A DNA stretch of 64,000 bases, from assembly GCA_024280475.1 (NCBI GenBank), contig JAJRQA010000035.1:5414-69413 (forward strand), read 5' to 3'. The stretch comes from Alphaproteobacteria bacterium (GTDB lineage: Bacteria; Pseudomonadota; Alphaproteobacteria; Rhizobiales; JAKIUO01). The position numbers and the translations under genes were made by a program. The stretch's first letter is position 1; the number at the start of each line of letters is the position of its first letter. Below are positions 10,092-20,051 of the stretch, in pieces. Under the pieces are notes generated by a model. That model was not told where the DNA came from and made no database searches. It saw only the letters and a program-made list of their open reading frames with translations.

Positions 10092-11411
10092 TTATTTCAA
10101 TGGAGCTTCTGTTTGACCCAGTTTCCAAACGATACCAGCAGTCAATTCCCACTGGAACATGTCGATTTCGATGTCCTGAGCCAATCCAAATCCGGCCATA
10201 GCAGGTAAGGCAGGACCGCTTACAGATTCCTTAGGCGCATACATTCCAGCAATTTCCATATCAATACTGTCTGTCAGTCTAAATCTTGCACCGCCAGTGA
10301 AATGATGCTGAACAACACCAGGAGCCAAAACATTCAACATGACATCTTCTGACTGCACTGGCTGGTCATTATAAGCGTAACCTGCGCGCAGTGTCAGATC
10401 AGGACTAACATCCCATTCAACGCCGACTTTATAGACATTGATATCATTCCAACCAAAGCCAGGTCCGTTACTATTCCCAAACAAATTAGTGCCTGCAGTG
10501 GTCGATGTATTGCCAATCGATTTTACATCGCTGTAGAATATATGTTTGTAGTCTGCCATGATTGTAAATGTCGGCGTGACGTCTAGAGCAACGCCAGCAG
10601 TAACAGTCGCCGGGGTATCCAATCCGCCTTGCTCTGCAAACAAACCTTTGTAATTTGTCAGCTTCTGCATATATGTGCGGGTTTGGCCAGCGACAGCAAC
10701 GCGGAAATTATCGGTCAAAGCCAATTCAACTCCGCCACGAACACCAACACCAACAGCAATCTCATTGCTTTGGTTTGTCATGCTACCTGGTGTGGCTGAA
10801 AAACCCAAAGCTCCAAATGCCCCCAAGCCTTTTGCTTTAAAGATATTTATAGCAACGATTGGAGCTACGCCCCAAGAGAGATTTCCCATACTCTGAGCAT
10901 ATCCAGCAGACAAGAAAATTTGCGTCAGGTCGATACCTGCAGGGCCGGCGCAATAGATGCCACTTCCACCACCAAGGGCGGCACAGGTCGGATTAACAAC
11001 GTCCTCAAAGTCACTATTCATGCCGCCATTGCCATACATGCTGAGACCAAAAACAGAACTGCCATCTATCCGATGCGACCATGCTATATTAGGAATGAGA
11101 AAATAATTACTTTCACTCTCGGTATTTCCCGCAGGAAGCAGCCCACCTGCCTGAGCAGTGAAGCTACGACGAGGAGAGAACAAGGATCCGGAAATAGTCA
11201 GCTGATTATCAGAGTGAACCAAGCCAGCTGGATTGATTGACATGGCGGTTGGATCATTCTGATCCGCAACACCTGCACCAGCGAGCGCCTTATTGCGTGC
11301 ACCAGTACCATTGCTAAACAGACCTTCGGTTGCCATGGCACTTGTTGCGATGAGAGCGCCAGCGGCAATTGCCATTGTCGTAGTCATCAGCGCTTTTGTG
11401 AACCTTTTCAT
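10092..11411 (-). CDS. OMPP1/FadL/TodX family outer-membrane channel
   Basis: Signal peptide (AMA|TEG), GARNKALAGAGVA, MSINPAG, GNGGMNS, GPGFGW, LRAGYAY, NVLAPGVV. Confidence 0.88.
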   Translation of the reverse strand: MKRFTKALMTTTMAIAAGALIATSAMATEGLFSNGTGARNKALAGAGVADQNDPTAMSINPAGLVHSDNQLTISGSLFSPRRSFTAQAGGLLPAGNTESESNYFLIPNIAWSHRIDGSSVFGLSMYGNGGMNSDFEDVVNPTCAALGGGSGIYCAGPAGIDLTQIFLSAGYAQSMGNLSWGVAPIVAINIFKAKGLGAFGALGFSATPGSMTNQSNEIAVGVGVRGGVELALTDNFRVAVAGQTRTYMQKLTNYKGLFAEQGGLDTPATVTAGVALDVTPTFTIMADYKHIFYSDVKSIGNTSTTAGTNLFGNSNGPGFGWNDINVYKVGVEWDVSPDLTLRAGYAYNDQPVQSEDVMLNVLAPGVVQHHFTGGARFRLTDSIDMEIAGMYAPKESVSGPALPAMAGFGLAQDIEIDMFQWELTAGIVWKLGQTEAPLK

Positions 11412-11835
11412 TCCCAAATCACCCTTCTTGTTAACTCAATGCAAACTGACATACATTTGTCAGCTTGCTTTTTCAATTTCGCTTAAGATCACCGTGATCC
11501 ACGCCATTTCAATTCTTTATTCTTTTTATTCCACCATCTCAAACAATCGGCCCAGCAGCTTGTTATACGCTTTTTAGCCATAAATTGGTCAAAACAATCT
11601 TAATCCCGACATAATTTGTATCAGTTTGGGATCGTTCTGTCTGTGACAAATGGGCGACAACGGGGGAATATATAACAAGTATGCACAAATAAATGGCCGG
11701 ACGCGGAAGAATTTCACAAATATCAAAGCAACTCCAAAACAAAGGCAGGTTCCGATTAAATCGAAACCTGCCTTTGTATATTTATCTTGTATTGAGGTCG
11801 TTAAGAACAGCATTTAGTGCCATTCCCGCGCCACG

Positions 11836-12060
11836 TTAGCTCTTTTTGATCAAAAAGCGGTAGGCACCAGCATCTTCACCTGATTCAAGCAGCTCGTGAC
11901 CAGTGGTCTTGCAAAAGCTTTCAAAATCGGCAACTGAGCCTGGATCAGTTGAAAGAATTTCCAGCGTGCCGCCAGATGATACGTCCTTGAGGGCTTTTTT
12001 AGCCTTGAGGATTGGCAGTGGGCAGTTCAGACCTTTTGCGTCGAGTGTTACGTCAGCCAT
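11836..12060 (-). CDS. tusA: Sulfur carrier TusA/SirA family
   Basis: 74 aa, LDAKGLNCPLPIL, TDPGSVADF; AGGAGA RBS. Confidence 0.95.
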   Translation of the reverse strand: MADVTLDAKGLNCPLPILKAKKALKDVSSGGTLEILSTDPGSVADFESFCKTTGHELLESGEDAGAYRFLIKKS

Positions 12061-12129
12061 TTAATTGTCTCCTTGTAGTGAGGTCTTGTATTGTGGGTCA
12101 GGGTAAAAATTGATCCAGATTTCCAGATC

Positions 12130-12264
12130 CTAGAGTGTGAGATTGATGCCGACCTAAAACGCTGCCTCCATATAGGTAGCAGCTCCGCCAACTTCAATCC
12201 CGTCAATCATCTTGAGTGTCCATTTCAAACAGGGAATGGTTATCTGACAAGCAGCCATTCGCAC
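12130..12264 (-). pseudogene. Decayed C-terminal remnant of a DsrE2-like (DsrE/DsrF/DrsH family) sulfurtransferase
   Basis: Reads VRMAACQIT / (shifted frame) LFEMDTQD / IDGIEVGGAATYMEAAF*VGINLTL*, resembling the DsrE2 C-terminus (xACQMTxDLF...IDGxExGGAATx). Premature TAG at 12154-12156; directly upstream of tusA. Confidence 0.7.
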
Positions 12265-12490
12265 TAATATCGCCAGACCGAGAAGTCTGTTTCCTTTAAC
12301 TGCCTTGTCAAAGCCTGTTGTGTCAACAGGACAATATATATTAATGCTTGAATAAATAGAATTTAATCTTGCAGGCTTCTCAAGCCGACAAGTCACGTTG
12401 GATCTTCCTTGCATGGCTCATGACTATTGTTCTTTCCTCTCGGGTCAATTAAGACACAAAATAACTGAGAAACCTGGAGGCAGATCACCC

Positions 12491-12943
12491 GTGGCCGCAC
12501 CAAGAAAATTGACGAAAGACATTTGGGTTGGGGCAACGCCAACAGCGGCGATGCTCGCACAGCTATCGCGCTTTGGCATACAGTCAGTTATCTGCAACCA
12601 GCAAGACAGCGAAGAAATACGCGTGCTGACCTCACACCAATGCGAGAAGGTCGCGAGGCAGCTGGGCATGAGCTATGCTCAAGCGATTGTCGAAGACCGC
12701 CACCACGTCAGCGAAGAAGAAGTACAGCGCTTTAAAGCGGCCTATGACGCTGCGCCTAAACCAGTATTTGTCTATTGCCGCGCCGGTTATCGCGCTGCCC
12801 TCGTCTGGGCCCTGTCACAATTGGAAAACCGGGAAATCGAGGATCTCATCGAAGAGGTATTTGATGTGGGCTACGACCTGACCCTTGTTGGTCGCCCGCA
12901 ATTGGAAAAAAGAGTTAAGTTGATCTCTCACGAGTCCGGTTGA
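12491..12943 (+). CDS. DUF442/Blh-like (TIGR01244-type) sulfurtransferase/phosphatase-fold protein
   Basis: GIQSVICNQQDSEE, KPVFVYCRAGYRA (CRxGxR loop); GGAGG RBS before GTG 12491. Confidence 0.8.
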   Translation: MAAPRKLTKDIWVGATPTAAMLAQLSRFGIQSVICNQQDSEEIRVLTSHQCEKVARQLGMSYAQAIVEDRHHVSEEEVQRFKAAYDAAPKPVFVYCRAGYRAALVWALSQLENREIEDLIEEVFDVGYDLTLVGRPQLEKRVKLISHESG

Positions 12944-13279
12944 TCTCACGGCTATTCCGCCTGACGGCGGGCCTCCGATGGGGCGGGCAATGCCCGGCGC
13001 GTGGTCACGCTTGCCTCCCGCTGGTCGGATTTCTTTGCTATAAAGCGGATATTTTATTTATAAAGAAACACCGATATACTCATCGGCAAGGCCGACTGGC
13101 CGCCGCGCATTGCCCGGCGCGTCGTCACGCTTGCCTCCCGCTGGTCGGATTTCTTTGCAATAAAGCAGATATTTTATTTATAAAGAAACATCGATGTACT
13201 CATCGGCAAGGCCGACTGGCCGCCGCGCATTGCGCGCCCATCGGAGGCCGCGCGTTAGCGCGAATAGCCGGGAGATCAA
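12940..13279. mobile_element. TIR-bounded non-coding element (MITE/RIME-like) with internal 2x120-bp tandem duplication
   Basis: Left TTGATCTCACGGCTATTCCGCCTGACGGCGGGCCTCCGATGGGGCGGGCAATG is mirrored by right CATTGCGCGCCCATCGGAGGCCGCGCGTTAGCGCGAATAGCCGGGAGATCAA. Units 12991-13110 and 13111-13230 differ at about 5 positions. Confidence 0.7.
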
Positions 13280-13280
13280 A

Positions 13281-13853
13281 CTATTGAACTAATACCAGTT
13301 GCCGACCGCTCATTTCGAAGCGTTCCAGACGGCCGATAAAGCTCATGCCAAGCAGGCTGATATGTAGCGCGCCTTCTTCATGCACGAAGGCTTTGACATT
13401 TTTCAGCTCGATATCGCCGATCTGGATGGATTGCAGTATCACTGGTGCAACTTTCGTCACTCCGTTAGCAGTCCGTGCCCGGCCGGTATATTTTAAATTA
13501 TAGGTCAGACCCAGGCTATCAGCGTCCTCATAAGTCAACGCCACATAGGTAGCGCCAGTATCCGTGATCAACTTGATGCTACTATCATTAATATAGGCAT
13601 TGACTTCAAAATGTCCACCACGCCCCGCCTGCAGGACAACGCGGCCATAACCATTTTCTTCTTGCTGCTCGGACTGTTCTTCGCGTGGTACCGGCTTGAT
13701 GGTATGTTCTCGTACCTGGCGCTGCTGCTCTGCCGACTGATCAAGATAGGCTCCTATACGATCGTCAAGATAGTAAAAGGCAGCAAGAGCAATGATAAAC
13801 ACAGATAACCACAAAAGGGCTTCACTGAGGATGTGGCGCATTCCGCTCGTCAT
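13281..13853 (-). CDS. Clan AA aspartic protease (TIGR02281 family), membrane anchored
   Basis: GHFEV, ITDTGATYVALT, TANG, SLLGMSFI; N-terminal TM. Start uncertain (13853 or 13874). Confidence 0.88.
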   Translation of the reverse strand: MTSGMRHILSEALLWLSVFIIALAAFYYLDDRIGAYLDQSAEQQRQVREHTIKPVPREEQSEQQEENGYGRVVLQAGRGGHFEVNAYINDSSIKLITDTGATYVALTYEDADSLGLTYNLKYTGRARTANGVTKVAPVILQSIQIGDIELKNVKAFVHEEGALHISLLGMSFIGRLERFEMSGRQLVLVQ

Positions 13854-13964
13854 CAAAATCTCCTGTTCGCGCAACTGATGTGAATATGAACTCTTATATT
13901 ATTCAAGAAGCCTGCCAAATCACCGTTATTTGCATCAAAAGGGTCGTTTTATCGATTTTTAGAC

Positions 13965-14669
13965 CTATCGCCGCAAGATCAAAACGCCATTCTTGACTTC
14001 ATATGAGCGTAAACGGCTTAAGAAACTCATACCGAGCAGGCTTTGTGACAAGGCGCCCGGACGGGCGATATGGGCCAGCATATTTTTAGCACTGATATCG
14101 CCGATTGAAATAGCCTGCAATCGGGCCATCGCCACCATCGCTTGACCATTGGCCGTACTAACCGGCACCGAATAGGACAATGAGGAAATATCAATGCCCG
14201 CCTTTTGAGCATCTTGCGGGGTCAAAACCACACCGCTCGCCCCCGTATCCACCATCATCTCGATTGGCGCTCCATTGACCCGGACACGTGTCACATAATG
14301 CCCATTGAGACGCCTTGGTATCTCAACGACACTTTCGCCATTGCCATTGCGGGTACTAGAATTGACGAGCCCTGGCATCAGTTCACCAGCCACCCGGCGC
14401 GCCACCGTTTCAAACTCGAAACGAAAGCTGTATACGGTGACCAGTGCCAAGGTGATCGCCAACCAGATAGCAATATCCTTGATCATCCTTGAACCCTGCC
14501 CCCGATAGGACATCAATGTGCCACCACCAATAAAGATCAGCAGTGCAATGCCGGTCATGATGCCCGCAAATTCACCCTGTTCCAGTCCACCAATGGTGCC
14601 GCCGTCGGCGCGCAACATCAGTATGATTGCCGCGATAACAAGCAGTATAATACCCAGCCAGGCTGTCAT
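13965..14669 (-). CDS. Clan AA aspartic protease (TIGR02281 family), three N-terminal TMs
   Basis: NGHY, MVDTGASGVVLT, TANG, SLLGMSFLSRL. Confidence 0.92.
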   Translation of the reverse strand: MTAWLGIILLVIAAIILMLRADGGTIGGLEQGEFAGIMTGIALLIFIGGGTLMSYRGQGSRMIKDIAIWLAITLALVTVYSFRFEFETVARRVAGELMPGLVNSSTRNGNGESVVEIPRRLNGHYVTRVRVNGAPIEMMVDTGASGVVLTPQDAQKAGIDISSLSYSVPVSTANGQAMVAMARLQAISIGDISAKNMLAHIARPGALSQSLLGMSFLSRLRSYEVKNGVLILRR

Positions 14670-14835
14670 GGAATTTGATCCCGTTTCATTTTAACACTCG
14701 TTTTGGACGCTCATTGCCATGGAGAATTGACGCATGACAATCGATTGAGCGGTAGAATAGTGAGATAAAACGGTTATGTTAAGGTCGGCGCAAAAAAGCA
14801 TGATTTTTCGCTATCGCAGATATTCACACCAGCGC

Positions 14836-16476
14836 TTACGCCACTGATGAAGCCTCACTATGGTTCGAATTTGCCGCATCGACATCACGGACATATTGCG
14901 GCACCGGCAGCTCTTGCTCCTCCATTGCAATGGGAGGGGCCTCAGCTTGTTGCAGGGGCGCTTGCAACAAATCTGGCTGGATTTGCGGCATGACCTGCAA
15001 CACGCGAGATTTAGGGAACATGGCGACCACTTCCGTGCCTTCGCGCATTTTCGTGTTGAGTTCGAACAGGCCACCATGCAGGTTGATCAGGCCCTTGACA
15101 ATCGGAATGCCAAGCCCCGTGCCACCTTCCGCATTTTCATGGGCCAGTGACCCCTGACCAAACGAAGACATAACCCGCGGCAGCTCATCTTCAGGAATGC
15201 CTGGGCCATTATCCTTGATGCTCAGATATTGTCCCTTATTGCTGGTGCGCCCGGCTGTCACCGTGATGGTACCACCATTTGGGGTGAATTTAACGGCATT
15301 GGACAACAGGTTGAGCGCGATCTGACGTATGGCACGCTCGTCTGCCCACAAGCGTTCAAGGCCCGTTTGATAATTTTGCACGATGGTCAGACTTTTTGAA
15401 TCGGCGCGCATCTTGACGAGATGACAGCAATCTTCAAGCACCTGCGATAACAAGATGGCCTCTTCGTTGAGATCATATTTTCCCGCTTCAATACGGGTAA
15501 TATCGAGGATTTCATTGATCAAATTCAGCAAATGCTGACCACTGGTGTGGATATCATTTGAATAGCCCTTGTAAGCGATCACATTATGCGCCCCCAGCAT
15601 TTCGTCTTTCATCATTTCAGAAAAACCGATAATGGCATTCAAGGGGGTGCGCAGCTCGTGGCTCATGGTGGCCAGAAAGCGCGATTTGGCCAGATTAGCA
15701 GCCTCGGCGCGGCGTCGCCCCTCTTCTGAAACCGAATGCGCCTGTTCAAGCTCTGCAATCAGGCTGTCTTTTTCCGTACGCAGCATCAAGGTAGTCAGCG
15801 TATTGGCGTGCAAGTGCGACATCAGATAGATAAAAAAGATATAAGTGCCAACGGCCATACTGGCCATCGCCCAGTAAAACGGCGTATTCAGGTACCAAAA
15901 ACGCGCAAACAGGGCAAGGATCACTGGCAGCGTCCCCACATAAACAATACTAAGCGCCGCATTGGCCAGCATCATGCGCAATGAGGTGACAATGCTGAGT
16001 GTCACAAAAACAAACATGTGAGCGCGGTGATCCCCCGAAGACAGACCAAACAGAGCCACAGCTCCCCAGCTCAAACCATGTAAAAATTCAGCCGTCATGA
16101 TCTTGGTGCGCCAGATATGCACCTTGACCTGCTTGCGCGGCAGATTAATCAGCCGATGGCACAGCAAAACCAAAATCAACGAGCTGACGAATAGCGCGCC
16201 AAGCCAAAGGCTGACATAATCTGGCGGCGTCCAGGCCAGACTGGCCAGCGCGACAATCGCAGCAATCAATGGCAATATAATGGAAGCTTTGATGCTGTTT
16301 TGAGCAAACAGATAGAGCAACTCATGCTCGAATTCGGGGCGCGCATCTGTGCGATGCGTCAGTTTTTCACGCGCTTCGCGTACGCTGGGGTCCAGCCTTT
16401 GAGCACTTCGAGGGTTTCGCCGCCTGGAATACCCATTGCTGGTCTCATAAGGTCCAGGTTCTAAAGATTGATTCAT
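14836..16476 (-). CDS. Membrane sensor histidine kinase, PleC/DivJ-like H-box
   Basis: About 5-6 TMs, AEAANLAKSRFLATMSHELRTPLNAIIGFSEM, NLLSNAVKFT, DNGPGI, GTGLGI. Start uncertain (16476 or 16569). Confidence 0.9.
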   Translation of the reverse strand: MNQSLEPGPYETSNGYSRRRNPRSAQRLDPSVREAREKLTHRTDARPEFEHELLYLFAQNSIKASIILPLIAAIVALASLAWTPPDYVSLWLGALFVSSLILVLLCHRLINLPRKQVKVHIWRTKIMTAEFLHGLSWGAVALFGLSSGDHRAHMFVFVTLSIVTSLRMMLANAALSIVYVGTLPVILALFARFWYLNTPFYWAMASMAVGTYIFFIYLMSHLHANTLTTLMLRTEKDSLIAELEQAHSVSEEGRRRAEAANLAKSRFLATMSHELRTPLNAIIGFSEMMKDEMLGAHNVIAYKGYSNDIHTSGQHLLNLINEILDITRIEAGKYDLNEEAILLSQVLEDCCHLVKMRADSKSLTIVQNYQTGLERLWADERAIRQIALNLLSNAVKFTPNGGTITVTAGRTSNKGQYLSIKDNGPGIPEDELPRVMSSFGQGSLAHENAEGGTGLGIPIVKGLINLHGGLFELNTKMREGTEVVAMFPKSRVLQVMPQIQPDLLQAPLQQAEAPPIAMEEQELPVPQYVRDVDAANSNHSEASSVA

Positions 16477-16674
16477 GGGTCTGCGTACCTGGCTCGTCCG
16501 AATGGCTAAAACATACGCAAAAAACATTGCGAACGGACCAAAAGAGTGACCGCTCAAAAAACAACGCAAAACAAGGGTGATTGCATAGCATAGGTTGGAA
16601 AATCCTAATTTCCCGTATACAGGTTATCCAAACCGCAAAGCAGCCATGATCACAAGCCAAAGGCAGCCAATACA

Positions 16675-17187
16675 TTGACCAAAAAATTCAAACGCCTTTG
16701 GCACAAATTATTCCCCTGGATAAAGGTGGCAGCGCTCATCGGGCTCATTGCTTATGCACTTGATAAGGGCGACGGACCGCCGCGATATGACGTTGCCGGG
16801 CCGGCACGGCTCGTCGACGGTGACAGCTTGTTTGTCCAAGGGCTGGAAATCAGACTTAAGAATATTGATGCGCCTGAAGGGCGTCAAAACTGCCAACGTG
16901 CCGGTAAAAACTGGCGCTGCGGTCAAGAAGCCACAAGGCGGCTGCGCCGATTTATCAAGCGGCGGAAGGTCTCATGCAGAGGCGATCATTACGACAAACA
17001 CAACCGTCTGCTGGCTTTTTGTACAGTGGGTGGGATTGAACTCAACAAATGGATGGTCGTCGAAGGATGGGCCGTGGCTTTTGGCGGTTATCGCGCCGAG
17101 GAGCGAGCTGCAAAACGAGCCAGAAAAGGCATCTGGTCGAGCCAGTTCCAGCGCCCACGAACATGGCGCGCCCAGCAAAGGCGATAA
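16675..17187 (+). CDS. Thermonuclease (SNase-like) family protein
   Basis: N-terminal TM, VDGDSL, IRLKNIDAPE, DKHNRLLAFC, ARKGIW. Confidence 0.88.
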   Translation: MTKKFKRLWHKLFPWIKVAALIGLIAYALDKGDGPPRYDVAGPARLVDGDSLFVQGLEIRLKNIDAPEGRQNCQRAGKNWRCGQEATRRLRRFIKRRKVSCRGDHYDKHNRLLAFCTVGGIELNKWMVVEGWAVAFGGYRAEERAAKRARKGIWSSQFQRPRTWRAQQRR

Positions 17188-17320
17188 AGAAACAGCAGCC
17201 ATTAGCAAATGCAAATTCGCAAAAGACAATGTGCTAGCCTCTTACTCCCGTTAGGAGCCAAGCAGCTTATGCAACTGGCACCAAAGGCGAGCCTCTGGAG
17301 GCCTTTTGGGAAGGATTATC

Positions 17321-17398
17321 GCAGGGGTGTCAATAACGCAGTACCTTGCACCGCTCCTACGCTCAATCGACACAATGCGTTGCACTATTGCGCCCTAC
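17321..17398. repeat. Degenerate GTAG-family REP doublet
   Basis: GCAGGGGTGTCAATAACGCAGTACCTTGCACCG, and on the minus strand GTAGGGCGCAATAGTGCAACGCATTGTGTC; related to the 9904 REP core. Confidence 0.5.
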
Positions 17399-17985
17399 CA
17401 TCAGAACCTTGCTCACTTGTAATATCTACTAGCCCACCATTAGCGGGAGAGTTTTGGGCGCCAAGGCGATCGTCCGCTACCGATGGGTCCCTTATATTTT
17501 TCGTGGGTCTGCGCTTTTCAACAACACAATCATTCGGGCCACAAAAATTCAGGGATGACGAGTTGTGAGAACCTCTCACCATCGTCATCCTTGAAAATAT
17601 GCGGCCACATTGTTTTTTCGGGGCAGCGTTTTCAACCCGCATATTTATCGAGGATCCAGCTTTACAGATCTTTCGAGTAGCCACTCTAATCGTCCGCCCT
17701 TGCGCAAAAGCAGACATTCAAGGGAACATTTTTAGTTGAGGCCTCATATCTACGACCGGCATAAGAAGCAAACCCTTGAAAACAGCACCCAAAAATGTGA
17801 TTTTCAACATCACATCCCCCCCCCAACGACCCACAAAAAAATCCCCATAAACCACCGCCTTGAGACGAGGTTTACGAGGATGAAATGCGTTAGCCGGTTC
17901 TCCCCCCGAAGAACCGGCTTTGCGTGAGAAAGAAATATCGAATTATTTGATGTTCAGATAAATCAACATGTCCCCCTTCTCACTT

Positions 17986-19215
17986 TTACCATTTGTGGCG
18001 CATGCCGATCGAGATGATGTCTGCGCTATTTGAGACATCTGCAAAAAGGTCTTGTTTGACCGCAGATGTCAGAGCAATTTTCGAATCTTCAAAGAAAACA
18101 TGAGAATATCCAAAATCGAGTGTTGTTGCTTCACTCCACTTATACGACCCACCAAAACTCAACCAAACACGATCAGAATCGGGTAGTCTAGCGCCACGTG
18201 TTTCATCTGGAACCGGCGACACTTCATATCCAATCCCTGCCCGGGCTGTAATTGACTCGCTTACCTCAAATTCTGCTCCACCAGAGACAAACCAGCTATC
18301 TTCCCATTTAAAGTCTTCGCTGCCAACAGCTGCGCCTGTTCCTTCTGCAATGAAGGTAAGATCTTGAAGGCGACTCCAATTTGCCCACTCATAATTCGCC
18401 ATTACAGCCAAGCGAGGTGTAACTTGCTGCCGGATGCTTGCAGTCACAATTTCCGGAGAATCGAAACTGGCCGAAACATCAGTATTGAATGCGGGGCCAA
18501 ATGGATGTCCAAACTGCACGCCACTCAGGTTATGACTTATGGATGATCTAAAACCAAGGCCAATCTTGGTGCTTTCTGTCGGTTCAAACAAAAGTCCTGC
18601 TGTGAAACCGACACCAATATCTTCGGCTTTTTGAACAATGTCCCCTACCAACACTGTTGCAGGATTACCAATAGACAGGCGCGCTTTTATATACTGAACC
18701 TGCAAGCCGACAGCGACAGAAAGCATTGGTGATAGTTTATATCCGACAGTTGGCGACGCATTTATCGTCAACATTTCTGACTTACGATTATAACTTGCAC
18801 CGCTCCAGTTTGAGTTATTCGGCTCAGTGACCAAACCAAATGGTGCCGTAATCGACATACCCACATAAAGCTGCGAGTTAAGCTGGTAGTTAAAATAAGA
18901 CCCCGCCAACAGGCCAAGAGTATCCATCGTCGAACCAGTTGATCCAAAAGTCGTACCAGCTGTGGGATCCAAGTCTGTTTCAGGCGCGATCAAAGTAAAA
19001 CTCGACAAGGAGTTCATACCATCCTGGGTGGTAACCGCAGCAGGGTTCCAAAACATGGATGACAAATCGGAGCCAGCAGCACTATCAGCGAACGCAACCC
19101 CCAGACCGGTTGTCGATTGTTCCCGAATTGCGAAACCACCCGCGATTGCAGAACTTGCAATCATCAGGCTGCTTCCCACAATAACCCCCGAAGCGATGTA
19201 TCCAATAGTGCGCAT
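17986..19215 (-). CDS. OMPP1/FadL/TodX long-chain fatty acid transporter family
   Basis: Signal peptide then GGFAIREQS, MFWNPA, APFGLVT, RLPDSDRVW; C-terminal aromatic W. Confidence 0.92.
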   Translation of the reverse strand: MRTIGYIASGVIVGSSLMIASSAIAGGFAIREQSTTGLGVAFADSAAGSDLSSMFWNPAAVTTQDGMNSLSSFTLIAPETDLDPTAGTTFGSTGSTMDTLGLLAGSYFNYQLNSQLYVGMSITAPFGLVTEPNNSNWSGASYNRKSEMLTINASPTVGYKLSPMLSVAVGLQVQYIKARLSIGNPATVLVGDIVQKAEDIGVGFTAGLLFEPTESTKIGLGFRSSISHNLSGVQFGHPFGPAFNTDVSASFDSPEIVTASIRQQVTPRLAVMANYEWANWSRLQDLTFIAEGTGAAVGSEDFKWEDSWFVSGGAEFEVSESITARAGIGYEVSPVPDETRGARLPDSDRVWLSFGGSYKWSEATTLDFGYSHVFFEDSKIALTSAVKQDLFADVSNSADIISIGMRHKW

Positions 19216-19487
19216 GTACTTAACTTCCCATATAATGGTTTTTTATAGATATTGCCCTTATTACGGATCACAATAGACTCGATAAAACGCCGCGCACAAT
19301 GTCTTTTGACCGAAATTTGGCAAGTTTGTGACCAAACTGTGTCCCCCATGTCACAAAGAGATTGAAAGATCCGGTCATCATTGATTTGTCAGACATGCAG
19401 GGCACAAGCTCGCCTCTTGCAAAGCACCGCGATAGCCGCTAGCAAGCCATATATGTTTTCACGCTCACAGCATCAGGACCTGACCCC

Positions 19488-20051
19488 ATGAAAATCAACG
19501 GCAATGATATCCGCCCCGGCAACATCATCCAGCACAAGGGGGAGCTGTGGTCTGCCGTAAAAATTCAGGCGGTCAAACCCGGCAAGGGCGGGGCCTTTGC
19601 GCAGGTTGAGTTGAAAAATCTGGTCACCGGCTCCAAGCTTAATGAGCGCTTTCGTGCCACTGAAACCATTGAGCGCGTGCGCCTTGATCAAGACGAGTAT
19701 CAATACCTCTATGCCGAGGGCGAGATGCTGGTATTTATGGACACCACCAGCTATGAGCAGATCGAATTGCATAAAGACTTTGTCGGTGAACGCGCCGCCT
19801 TCTTGCAAGATGGTACGATGGTCAAGGTGGAAAGCTATGAGGAAAAGCCCATTGGGGTCGAGCTGCCCGATCAGGTGACACTTGAGGTTTCCGAAACTGA
19901 GGCCGTCGTCAAGGGCCAGACCGCCGCTAGCTCCTACAAGCCCGCCATAATGGAAAATGGTGTACGGGTCATGGTGCCCCCCTTTATCAAGCAGGGTGAA
20001 AAGATCATCGTGCAAACCAGCGATATTACCTATCTGCGGCGCGCCGACTAG
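19488..20051 (+). CDS. efp: Elongation factor P
   Basis: [28 protein letters not shown]. Confidence 0.98.
   Translation: MKINGNDIRPGNIIQHKGELWSAVKIQAVKPGKGGAFAQVELKNLVTGSKLNERFRATETIERVRLDQDEYQYLYAEGEMLVFMDTTSYEQIELHKDFVGERAAFLQDGTMVKVESYEEKPIGVELPDQVTLEVSETEAVVKGQTAASSYKPAIMENGVRVMVPPFIKQGEKIIVQTSDITYLRRAD

Noticed and set aside
12154-12414. 86-aa ORF as an intact gene
   Set aside because: Only the last ~45 codons resemble DsrE2, with frameshifts; treated as a pseudogene remnant.
12991-13230. CRISPR array
   Set aside because: Only two contiguous 120-bp units, no unique spacers and no cas genes; this is a tandem duplication.
12940-13287. 115-aa ORF with an internal repeat
   Set aside because: It is the translation of the palindromic repeat element; no RBS and no protein-like composition.
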